A stretch of 64,000 nt of DNA from Candidatus Desulfolinea nitratireducens (GTDB lineage Bacteria > Chloroflexota > Anaerolineae > Anaerolineales > Villigracilaceae), in the NCBI GenBank assembly GCA_014382535.1, contig JACNJN010000077.1, forward strand, positions 516 to 64,515, in the 5' to 3' direction. The stretch's first letter is position 1; the number at the start of each line of letters is the position of its first letter. Under the pieces are notes generated by a model that made no database searches, was not told where the DNA came from, and saw nothing but the letters and a program-made list of their open reading frames with translations. A program made the translations under genes and the position numbers. Shown in pieces: positions 54,576 through 62,249 of this stretch.

Positions 54576-56015
54576 TTAATACGCCTTTGCGAAATATACT
54601 TTCTTCTCAGCCTTCTCTCCACAAACGATACATTTTCCTTCGTCTTCGGGCTGGTCAAGGGGAATTACACGGGTGGTGGCCTTGGTATCCTCTTTTACCT
54701 TGGCCTCGCATTCAGCAGATTCGCACCACCAGGAGAGAGCCCATCCTTTTTTGACGACTTCCTTCAGCTCGTCGTAATCTTTGGGTTCGTGGATATTGGC
54801 GTCCCGAAATGCGGTCGCTTTTTCAAGCAGGGATGCCTGGATCGTTTCCAGCATTTCGGTAACGACAGCAGGTAAGCCATCCTGTGAGACGAAGGACTTT
54901 CCGTCACGCCCGGGGAGATCCCGTCTTGCCAGCGCGACCGATCCTTTTTCCACATCCTTGGGGCCGATATCCATCCGGAGGGGCACTCCGCGCATCTCCC
55001 AATCATTGAACTTGAATCCGGGGGAAACCTGGTCGCGGTCATCCACTTTTACGCGAATGCCGGCCTCTTTGAGTTCGGCAAATACCTTATCAACAATAGG
55101 CATAACCTTCTCGCGCTCTTCGTCTTTGCGGAAGATGGGTACGATCACAACCTGGAAGGGGGCGATCTTGGGAGGGATGATCAGACCCTGGTCGTCGCCG
55201 TGTACCATGATGAGTGCGCCGATCATGCGTGTAGACAAGCCCCATGAAGTCGTATAGCAATGCTCTAATTCATTTTCCTTGTTCAGGAAATCGATATCAA
55301 AGGCTTTGGCAAAATTTTGCCCAAAGTAATGGGATGTGCCAGATTGTAGGGCTTTGGTGTCGCCCATCATCGCCTCAATGCCTGTTGTCATTTGTGCGCC
55401 AGCAAACCGTTCAGTTTCAGATTTTCGCCCCTTTATCACGGGGATCGCGCAATCATTAATCGCAAAATCTGCGTAGACATCCAGCATTTTATAGGTTTCT
55501 TCCATCGCTTCATCAGATGTTGCATGGGCAGTATGCCCTTCTTGCCAGTAAAATTCCGCAGTGCGCAGGAAAAGTCTTGTGCGTAATTCCCAACGCAAGA
55601 CGGAGCCCCATTGATTGATCAGTACGGGCAGATCACGCCATGATTGGATCCATTTACTGTACATGTAACCGATGATTGTTTCGGAGGTGGGGCGAAAGGC
55701 CAATTTTTCTTCCAGTTCATTTCCGCCGCCATGAGTAACGACAGCCAATTCAGGAGAGAAACCTTCGACATGATCTTTTTCTTTTTCAAAGAACGACATA
55801 GGTATCAGCGTTGGGAATGCCGCATTAACATGCCCGGTTTCCTTGAAACGGCGGTCGAGGCCAGCTTGCATATTTTCCCAGAGCGTCCAGCCATAGGGGC
55901 GTACAACCATGCAACCGCGCACAGGGGCGTAGTCGGCCAGCTCTGATTTCAGGACGAGCTGGTTGTACCACTCGGAGAAGTTTTCAGATTGGGGGGTAAG
56001 TTTATCGTCAGCCAT
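54576..56015 (-). CDS. proS: Proline--tRNA ligase (archaeal/eukaryote-like class IIa form)
   Basis: 479 aa. FSEWYNQLVLKSELADYAPVRGCMVVRPYG and a C-terminal Zn-type CIVCGEKA. Confidence 0.92.
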   Translation of the reverse strand: MADDKLTPQSENFSEWYNQLVLKSELADYAPVRGCMVVRPYGWTLWENMQAGLDRRFKETGHVNAAFPTLIPMSFFEKEKDHVEGFSPELAVVTHGGGNELEEKLAFRPTSETIIGYMYSKWIQSWRDLPVLINQWGSVLRWELRTRLFLRTAEFYWQEGHTAHATSDEAMEETYKMLDVYADFAINDCAIPVIKGRKSETERFAGAQMTTGIEAMMGDTKALQSGTSHYFGQNFAKAFDIDFLNKENELEHCYTTSWGLSTRMIGALIMVHGDDQGLIIPPKIAPFQVVIVPIFRKDEEREKVMPIVDKVFAELKEAGIRVKVDDRDQVSPGFKFNDWEMRGVPLRMDIGPKDVEKGSVALARRDLPGRDGKSFVSQDGLPAVVTEMLETIQASLLEKATAFRDANIHEPKDYDELKEVVKKGWALSWWCESAECEAKVKEDTKATTRVIPLDQPEDEGKCIVCGEKAEKKVYFAKAY

Positions 56016-56023
56016 TATTTCCT

Positions 56024-56100
56024 CTTTAGTTTTAAGGTTTGCAGTTTGAATGTTCGAAGGTTGTCAGCTTGAAATTGTTAACTTTCAAACCTTTCAACTT
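56024..56100. repeat. Low-complexity repeat built from (T)TTCAAC(C)TT / AAGGTTG units
   Basis: GAAGGTTGTCAGCTTGAA...CTTTCAAACCTTTCAACTTGCGAACCTTC. It overlaps the last 7 codons and the stop of the LOG-family gene. Similar units occur at 22437-22510 and 61172-61192. Confidence 0.5.
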
Positions 56101-56635
56101 GCGAACCTTCTAGCAGGGTTACAGCAGATTGAACATCGGGAGCGAATTGGAGCAGGTCACGTTGAGATTGTGCGACGTAATCACCCAATTCGGTATAGAA
56201 AGCCTGATTGAAAAGGGTCTGCCAGCCCTTCCCGATCAGGATCAGTGGTGTAGGAGGCAAGACTTTGATGATCAGTTGATTCCACATCAGCGAAATTTCA
56301 GTCAGTGTTCCGGGACCGCCGGGTAGCGCAAAGGCGGCGTCACAGCGTTCGATGAGGGCGTTCAGCCGCTCTTTGAGCGTTGGGAAGCGCCATTCTTCCT
56401 CAACCCAATGATTGGGACGCACATCCCGCCAGGCCTCGATCTCATCGCAAACGACACCGATGACATGTCCGCCCGCTTCGGATGCGCCCCGGCTGACGGC
56501 TTCCATCGTGCCGATATATCCGCCTGTCATCACGCTATGACCCTGATTTGCGAGGAGACGACCAAGCTGCTGAGCGTCAGAATAGGCTTTTTCTTCGGGT
56601 TTTGGCACTGATCCGCCAAAGACAGTTATTTTCAT
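56078..56635 (-). CDS. LOG-family (TIGR00730) nucleotide-binding protein / cytokinin-riboside-5'-monophosphate phosphoribohydrolase-like
   Basis: 185 aa. GGYIGTMEAVSRGA and PGGPGTLTE motifs. Confidence 0.85.
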   Translation of the reverse strand: MKITVFGGSVPKPEEKAYSDAQQLGRLLANQGHSVMTGGYIGTMEAVSRGASEAGGHVIGVVCDEIEAWRDVRPNHWVEEEWRFPTLKERLNALIERCDAAFALPGGPGTLTEISLMWNQLIIKVLPPTPLILIGKGWQTLFNQAFYTELGDYVAQSQRDLLQFAPDVQSAVTLLEGSQVERFES

Positions 56636-56641
56636 TTTTAA

Positions 56642-56683
56642 TACTCGTTACTCGTTATTCGTTATTCGATATTCGTTGTTCGT
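56642..56683. repeat. Tandem heptanucleotide repeat x6 (TACTCGT TACTCGT TATTCGT TATTCGA TATTCGT TGTTCGT)
   Basis: Read directly. It starts 7 nt upstream of the LOG-family start codon. Confidence 0.85.
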
Positions 56684-56718
56684 CTGTTAGGGCGTTCTTA
56701 GAATCGCCTTATAAAAAT

Positions 56719-56755
56719 GCTTTTCTTTGTGTTCTTTGAGCTTTTGTGGTGAATT
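56719..56755. repeat. Dispersed repeat, family A, copy 3 (short, inverted)
   Basis: GCTTTTCTTTGTGTTCTTTGAGCTTTTGTGGTGAA is the reverse complement of the TTCACCAC...CACAAAG type. Confidence 0.6.
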
Positions 56756-56761
56756 ATTGAA

Positions 56762-57058
56762 CTAATCCCAATCGCGGGATGCGTTCACTTTCAGTTTATC
56801 CAAAATCGCCTGCTCTAAATCTATCTCAGCAATTGACGCCAATTGTAGCAGGTAAAGTGCAACATCGGCGAGTTCTTCCGAAAGTTCTTCCTTATCGAAA
56901 GCCTCGTTCCATTGAAAATGTTCCAGGATCTCCGCGGCTTCCAAAGCCAATGAGATGGATAGATTACGCGGAGTCTGCGGGCGTTTGCTGTCAGCCTTGT
57001 ACCAGCCCTTTGAGCGGACAAAATTATGCATTAATTCTGTGAGTTCAGAAATTTCCAT
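56762..57058 (-). CDS. MazG-like nucleotide pyrophosphohydrolase (small, all-alpha)
   Basis: Start taken at MEISELTELM (57058). EAAEILEHFQW and ELADVALYLLQLA motifs. The upstream 43 codons of the tracked ORF run through a repeat element. Confidence 0.8.
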   Translation of the reverse strand: MEISELTELMHNFVRSKGWYKADSKRPQTPRNLSISLALEAAEILEHFQWNEAFDKEELSEELADVALYLLQLASIAEIDLEQAILDKLKVNASRDWD

Positions 57059-57108
57059 TAAGTTCTCTCTTAAATCCCTCCCCCGTCTGTCACTTTGCCT
57101 AAGATTCC

Positions 57109-57141
57109 CTCTCCCTGTGGGAGAGGGGTAGGGTGAGGGAA
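57109..57141. repeat. Palindromic repeat, family F (CCCTCTCCCTGTGGGAGAGGGGTAGGGTGAGGG), intergenic copy
   Basis: Hairpin CCCTCTCCC/GGGAGAGGG. A near-identical copy lies inside the CDS at 60344-60384. Confidence 0.8.
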
Positions 57142-57175
57142 AATAAAAAGGGCTCACCATTTCCGGGAGCCCTTG
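57142..57175 (-). terminator. Intrinsic terminator downstream of the toxin-antitoxin pair
   Basis: AGGGCTC / GAGCCCT stem, followed on the minus strand by TTTTATTTT. Confidence 0.6.
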
Positions 57176-57277
57176 GTTGATATGCAAAAGTGGACCTATC
57201 CAGAGATGGCAAGTGAAATATGATGCGAGGTAGGGACCGGTGGTTTAAACATGGCGAGATTATAACCGAAAAACGTA

Positions 57278-57580
57278 TTAATCCTGAGCGATGGGACGCA
57301 CAACATCCCAGACAGCTTCGGGATGTTTATCCGCTATTTGTAATAAAACCCTCGCGGTGCCTTCAGGTTTTCTACGTCCCTGCTCCCAATTTTGGAGAGT
57401 TCGCACGCTGATACCTAGCAATGCGGCAAATTCCCTTTGCGAAAGTTGGTATCCAGATCGGATCCGCTTCACATTCAGTCCATCCACTTCAAACGCGCGA
57501 GCAGGTGGGGTCTCCCCGCGTAAAATCGCACCACCTTCTCGAACGCTTTCTACCAATTCATCGAATAATTCATCTTTCAT
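57278..57580 (-). CDS. XRE-type HTH antitoxin (HigA/NadS-like)
   Basis: 100 aa. HTH QREFAALLGISVRTLQNWEQGRR. It overlaps the toxin stop by 4 nt. Confidence 0.85.
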   Translation of the reverse strand: MKDELFDELVESVREGGAILRGETPPARAFEVDGLNVKRIRSGYQLSQREFAALLGISVRTLQNWEQGRRKPEGTARVLLQIADKHPEAVWDVVRPIAQD

Positions 57581-57894
57581 GGGTATTCTTCCTTTACTAT
57601 TTCTCTTAATACTTTAAGCTGAGATGGGGTCAAGTCGCTTGTCCTGGTTTTAGTGTAAATGAAAAGCATAAGCAATTTATCTTCTTCAACAGCCCAGTAA
57701 TAAATAACGCGAACGCCACCACGCTTCCCCTTTCCCCTCACCAACCAACGGATTTTACGTAACCCTCCGCTTCCTTTGATAATTGGTGCAGAATTAGGAC
57801 GATTTACCAATAGTGTTTGAAGCTTTCGGTACTCATCGTCTGTGAGGAAGTTCTGTACTTGTTTTGTAAAAACAGAGGTTTCAACGATTATCAT
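57577..57894 (-). CDS. RelE/ParE-superfamily toxin (HigB-like)
   Basis: Start at MIIVETSVFTKQV (57894). GGLRKIRW...GKRGGVRVIYYW pattern. Toxin-first gene order. Confidence 0.8.
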   Translation of the reverse strand: MIIVETSVFTKQVQNFLTDDEYRKLQTLLVNRPNSAPIIKGSGGLRKIRWLVRGKGKRGGVRVIYYWAVEEDKLLMLFIYTKTRTSDLTPSQLKVLREIVKEEYP

Positions 57895-57904
57895 GGATAA
57901 ATAA

Positions 57905-57933
57905 AATATACGCCAATGGCGTATATTTGTCAA
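57905..57933 (-). promoter_or_regulatory. TA promoter TTGACA-17-TATATT with an 11-1-11 perfect palindrome (AATATACGCCA-T-TGGCGTATATT on the minus strand) covering the spacer and the -10
   Basis: The -35 is at 57928-57933, the -10 at 57905-57910 and the palindrome at 57905-57927. The ATG is 10 nt after the -10. Confidence 0.65.
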
Positions 57934-58272
57934 GGTAATATGAAATATTATTTAATGGCTCGCTAGGTATGGGAGTCGCAATTGACGAGGCGAGATAAAA
58001 CTGAATAGGGAACTTTGAGATATTAGCTGATTGAATTTATATTAATGGGGGCAAGGGATCTCATCGGCAATTTCATTAAAATTAATATGTCGTAAAAAGA
58101 AATAAAACGTGGAATCAACAATTTGTAGCATTTTGCTAGTCTAGTCATAGTCAAACATAGATGGCGAGATGTTCTAATTGCTTTGCAGATTTACCAAATT
58201 AGGAAGCAGGTTACTAATATCTGATGCGCGAACATCTGCCCAAGTGTCACGATCACAAAGACGACCGGTTAA

Positions 58273-59034
58273 CTACCCTCTCAAATAACTCGCTCCATTC
58301 ACGTCAATGATCGTCCCCGTCGAGAAGCGCGATTCTTCCGCCGCGAGGAAAATGACCGCATAGGCAACTTCCTCGGGCTGTGCGACTCTCCCGAGAGGAC
58401 TCTGATTGCGGATAAAATCTCCCTGGGGGCCAGATAACTTGCTTGCAGCCATGTCTGTTTCCACAAATCCAGGGGCAACCACACCAAGATAGATATTCTC
58501 TGTAGCCAGTTTTTGGGCCAGGGATTGGGTCATTGCATTCAGGCCGGCCTTGCTTGCGCCGTAGGCAGGCATTTCAGGCTCACCCCGAAATGCGCCGCGC
58601 GAGGAGACGTTTACGATCCGCCCGCCGCCGTTTGCACGCATAAATTGAGAAGCCCAATAGATCACATTTGCCGGTGCGACCAGGTTGACTGACAAGATCA
58701 GTTGCCAGGTATCCTGCCATTCTTCGTAGCTGACTTTATCGATCGGGTGAACCTGCGAAATCCCGGCGTTATTGACGACGATGTCCAAACCGCCCAAACC
58801 TTTGACGGTTTCCACGATCATCCCCTCGATCAGGGCAGGGTTTGAGACATCCGCCTGAACAAGAATATGCGGTCCACCTTTCAGGGTGGCCTGTGTTTCT
58901 TTGGCAGCCTCTGCATTGTGAAGGTAATTGATCGCCACCTTTGCACCCCGCTCTGCGAAAGCCTGTGCGCAAGCCTTGCCAATTCCACGTGAACCGCCGG
59001 TGATCAGTACTCGTTTTCCTTGAAAATTCATCAA
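58273..59034 (-). CDS. SDR-family oxidoreductase (FabG-like)
   Basis: 253 aa. TGGSRGIGKA, NNAG and catalytic YGASK. Confidence 0.9.
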   Translation of the reverse strand: MMNFQGKRVLITGGSRGIGKACAQAFAERGAKVAINYLHNAEAAKETQATLKGGPHILVQADVSNPALIEGMIVETVKGLGGLDIVVNNAGISQVHPIDKVSYEEWQDTWQLILSVNLVAPANVIYWASQFMRANGGGRIVNVSSRGAFRGEPEMPAYGASKAGLNAMTQSLAQKLATENIYLGVVAPGFVETDMAASKLSGPQGDFIRNQSPLGRVAQPEEVAYAVIFLAAEESRFSTGTIIDVNGASYLRG

Positions 59035-59043
59035 AATCTCCTT

Positions 59044-59271
59044 TTAGTTATTGGCACTTTTCAAAGCTTCTAATTCTTTGGCTTTCTTCTCGCTCAGCCT
59101 CATCCGGATAATATTGAAACCGATAATTAAGAACAGGATAATAATCCTGTAGATGGGTTTAACTGGCAGAAGTAATCCCACTGCCAGGATGCCAACCCCA
59201 ACCAGTCCATGAGATAGCCAGTTTCACCAATCTTTCAAATAAGTCCAAATTGATTCAAGTACATTTTTCAT
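59044..59271 (-). pseudogene. Small membrane-protein ORF interrupted by one in-frame TGA (codon 16)
   Basis: MKNVLESIWTYLKDW-TGA-NWLSHGLVGVGILAVGLLLPVKPIYRIIILFLIIGFNIIRMRLSEKKAKELEALKSANN-TAA. The TGA is at 59224-59226. No in-frame ATG/GTG/TTG restart before the hydrophobic part. Confidence 0.45.
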
Positions 59272-59301
59272 TGTTATTTGTTCCCTTAAGCCTTTCTATA
59301 C

Positions 59302-59413
59302 TAGACCTCTTGCATATTTGCTCCCAGCGGCGTCCCCGCCGCCGCCCTAAAGGATGCGACGCAAAGGACGGCGGCTAGAGCAATGTGAAAAAGGGACTTT
59401 TGTAAGAAGTCTA
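59302..59413. repeat. Palindromic element with GC-rich core (single copy in the window)
   Basis: Arms TAGACCTCTTGCA...TTGCTC and GAGCAA...TGTAAGAAGTCTA. The core GCCGCCGCCC...GGACGGCGGC is self-complementary. Confidence 0.55.
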
Positions 59414-59481
59414 ATTTAGTTTTCAGGAAATATGTTCTTTTCCAGTTTCTAAATTTCGAATATTCTTCATCCCATTCTACA

Positions 59482-59490
59482 TGATAAAAT
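59482..59490 (+). promoter_or_regulatory. Extended -10 box TGaTAAAAT, 6 nt upstream of the 59497 ATG
   Basis: TG at 59482-59483 and TAAAAT at 59485-59490. No Shine-Dalgarno sequence. Confidence 0.45.
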
Positions 59491-59496
59491 CAACTC

Positions 59497-62193
59497 ATGC
59501 ACGTTATTCTGACCCACGAACAGGCCGATTTCGACGCCCTGGCCTCCCTCTTTTGCGCCTCCTTGCTCGATGAGCAGGCCGTGCCTGTTTTGCCGCGTCG
59601 GCTTAATCGCAATTTGCGGGCCTTTCTCACCCTCTATGGGCGTGAATTTCCTTTTGTTGACCCTCGTGACCTCTCAGGTGAAAAGATAGAATCCGCTTTA
59701 CTTGTGGATACCCAATCCCTTGTGACCCTAAAAGGTATGGGAAAGAAGACGCGCATTCGGGTTGTCGATCATCATCCGCTTCGTGAAAATCTTTCTGCCG
59801 ATTGGGAAGTGATCGTGGAAGATGTCGGCGCGACGGTCACCCTCCTGACCGAAAGTTTGCGTCAGACCGATGAGCATCTTTCTGTGCCCCATGCAACTTT
59901 GCTCCTGGTCGGCATATATGAAGATACGGGATCATTATCCTATGTCAGCACAACTCCTCGGGATGTCCGCGCGGCAGGCTGGCTCCTGGAGCAAGGCGCC
60001 AGCCTGAAAATTGCCTCAGAATTTCTCAACCCGCCTCTCTCGCCAAAGCAGCGCATCATTTACGATATCCTCAGTGCAAACGCGGAAACTCACGAGATCA
60101 ATGGACATCAGATCATCATTGCCTGCGCCGACGCTGAAGATTTGGAAGAGGAGGTATCCACGCTGGCGCATAAGCTTCGCGATCTGCTTGATCCCGATGC
60201 CCTTTTCATCCTTGTATCAACTGTTGAAGGGATTCGCCTTGTTGCCCGTTCTAGAACCGATCATATCGATGTCGGGAAGATTGCTGCTGAATTTGGTGGT
60301 GGTGGACACCCCCGTGCGGCGGCTGCGCTCATTCGTCAGGAATCCCCCTCTCCCTCAGGGAGAGGGGGCAGGGGTGAGGGTAGCAGGCCGAATTCCACAC
60401 GCGTGCCCTGCCGACAACTCCTTGAGCTGCTCCCGGCCAGGGTCCAGCCTCCAATCACGGTTGCCGAGATCATGTCTCGTGGTCCGCAGGTTATTTCCCC
60501 TGATACCCCGGTTGAAGAAGCTGCCCAGCAAATGCAGCGGTTTGGCTATGAGGGCTATCCTGTAGTGGACAATGGGAAAGTGGTTGGGCTGCTCAACCGA
60601 CGTTCGGTGGATCGGGCAATAGCCCATCACCTCACGCTGACCGCTGCCAGTCTGATGGAGGCTGGAGAGGTGATCGTTGCTCCGGATGATTCTCTTCCGA
60701 CTCTCCAAACCCTGATGATGGATAGCGGCTGGGGACAGATTCCCGTGGTTGAGGAGGGTGAGGTGATCGGGATCGTGACCCGCACCGATTTGCTCAAAAC
60801 CCTCGCCCCGCACTCTCCCCGCGCTGCAGAAGCTGACTTTGGAAAACTCCTTAAAAAATCTCTGCCTCCTTTGCGGCTTGATCTGATTCGGAAAGTAGCC
60901 GAAGCTGCCGCCGGTGAACAAGTGGCCCTGTATGTGGTTGGCGGATTTGTGCGTGATCTTTTGCTTGACCGTCCCAGCCTTGATTTTGATATTGTTGTGG
61001 AAGGGGATGCGATATCGCTGGCCCATAAACTGGCTGAAAAATACGGCGGACGGGTGACCACTCACTCCCGCTTTGGGACGGCAAAATGGTTTCTTAAGGG
61101 GTCAAAGTTTGAAAGTGATGCTCAAGCCGCCGTCCTCGGCGGCGAGGACTCCACCGAGAGCAAAATTAAGGCTTCCAACCTTCCAACCTTTCTTGATTTC
61201 ATCACCGCCCGGACAGAGTTTTATAAAAGTCCTACCGCCCTTCCGACCGTTTCACAGGGGAGCATTAAACTAGATTTGCATCGCCGTGACTTCACGATTA
61301 ATACGCTTGCCCTGCGTCTTGACGGGACACATTATGGCGAGCTGCACGATCATTGGGGCGGCCTGGCCGACCTTGAGCGTGGTCTTGTGCGCGTGTTGCA
61401 TTCGCTCTCATTTGTCGATGACCCCACCCGCATGTTGCGCGCCGTCCGATTTGAGCAGCGCTTTAGTTTTTCCCTTGGCGTGCGCACGCAAGAGTTGATG
61501 GATGAAGCTCGCCCGCTTTTGGGCAAATTAAGCGGACAACGTATCCGCCATGAACTGGATTTGATCCTGAATGAGCCACGCGCTGTAGCGATGTTTTCCC
61601 GTCTTTCAGATTTGGGGTTGCTGGAAGCAATTTCTCCCTCACTGACACGGGATCAGGGGCTTGCTGGCCGTTTAAATAACGCCCTCAACTCCCCGACGCC
61701 AGGTGATTTTGGTGATTTGCCTAACATTGCGAATCTTCCCAGGCGCGAGGCCCTGGGATATCTGGTATGGTTGTTGCCTCTTCCCGTAAAAGGATTGCAT
61801 GCCGTGAGCAAAAAGCTCCGCTTTCAAGCTGCGTTGAAATCCGCCTTGCTTTCCGTGGGGGAACTTTTCGACGATTCACCGGCCCTCAAAGATGCAAAGA
61901 TCAGCGAATGGACCTCTCGTCTGGATGGGATTTCACCTCTCGCACTTTACGCGGCTTTCCTTTGCCCCGCCGATGACACGCTGCATGATTCGATCGGTCA
62001 ATATCTTGCCAAATGGAGATATGTCCAGCCGACCCTGGGTGGTGACGATCTCCAGGAACGCGGCCTCAAACCGGGACCGCGTTATCGCGAGATCCTTACC
62101 CGTCTCCGCGCTGCCTGGCTGGATGGGGAGATCAAGACACCGAAAGAAGAAATTACCCTGTTGGAGAGGTTGCTCAAAAAAAGCGATAACTGA
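59497..62193 (+). CDS. DHH/DHHA1 phosphoesterase - CBS pair - tRNA nucleotidyltransferase/poly(A) polymerase-family fusion (CCA-adding-enzyme type)
   Basis: 898 aa. N-terminal HEQADFDALAS (DHH family) and GGGHPRAAAA (DHHA1). Two CBS motifs. LYVVGGFVRDLLL...DFDIVVEGDA (pol-beta NTase head). Confidence 0.85.
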   Translation: MHVILTHEQADFDALASLFCASLLDEQAVPVLPRRLNRNLRAFLTLYGREFPFVDPRDLSGEKIESALLVDTQSLVTLKGMGKKTRIRVVDHHPLRENLSADWEVIVEDVGATVTLLTESLRQTDEHLSVPHATLLLVGIYEDTGSLSYVSTTPRDVRAAGWLLEQGASLKIASEFLNPPLSPKQRIIYDILSANAETHEINGHQIIIACADAEDLEEEVSTLAHKLRDLLDPDALFILVSTVEGIRLVARSRTDHIDVGKIAAEFGGGGHPRAAAALIRQESPSPSGRGGRGEGSRPNSTRVPCRQLLELLPARVQPPITVAEIMSRGPQVISPDTPVEEAAQQMQRFGYEGYPVVDNGKVVGLLNRRSVDRAIAHHLTLTAASLMEAGEVIVAPDDSLPTLQTLMMDSGWGQIPVVEEGEVIGIVTRTDLLKTLAPHSPRAAEADFGKLLKKSLPPLRLDLIRKVAEAAAGEQVALYVVGGFVRDLLLDRPSLDFDIVVEGDAISLAHKLAEKYGGRVTTHSRFGTAKWFLKGSKFESDAQAAVLGGEDSTESKIKASNLPTFLDFITARTEFYKSPTALPTVSQGSIKLDLHRRDFTINTLALRLDGTHYGELHDHWGGLADLERGLVRVLHSLSFVDDPTRMLRAVRFEQRFSFSLGVRTQELMDEARPLLGKLSGQRIRHELDLILNEPRAVAMFSRLSDLGLLEAISPSLTRDQGLAGRLNNALNSPTPGDFGDLPNIANLPRREALGYLVWLLPLPVKGLHAVSKKLRFQAALKSALLSVGELFDDSPALKDAKISEWTSRLDGISPLALYAAFLCPADDTLHDSIGQYLAKWRYVQPTLGGDDLQERGLKPGPRYREILTRLRAAWLDGEIKTPKEEITLLERLLKKSDN

Positions 62194-62249
62194 GGAATTA
62201 TTAATTTCCTTAGATCCGTATTAAAGTAAGATTCTCCCATAATAAACCC

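Noticed and set aside
56642-56683. Possible CRISPR-like or other spaced repeat arrays (also checked at 22437-22510 and 24251-24331)
   Set aside because: The repeats are contiguous heptamers or low-complexity units without unique spacers of 25-40 nt. No cas genes are present in the window.
59188-59226. Selenocysteine decoding of the in-frame TGA
   Set aside because: The only hairpin lies about 36 nt downstream, which is not the close spacing typical of bacterial SECIS. The context (W-U-N in a tiny membrane protein) is not redox-like. It is kept only as a low-probability alternative in the finding.
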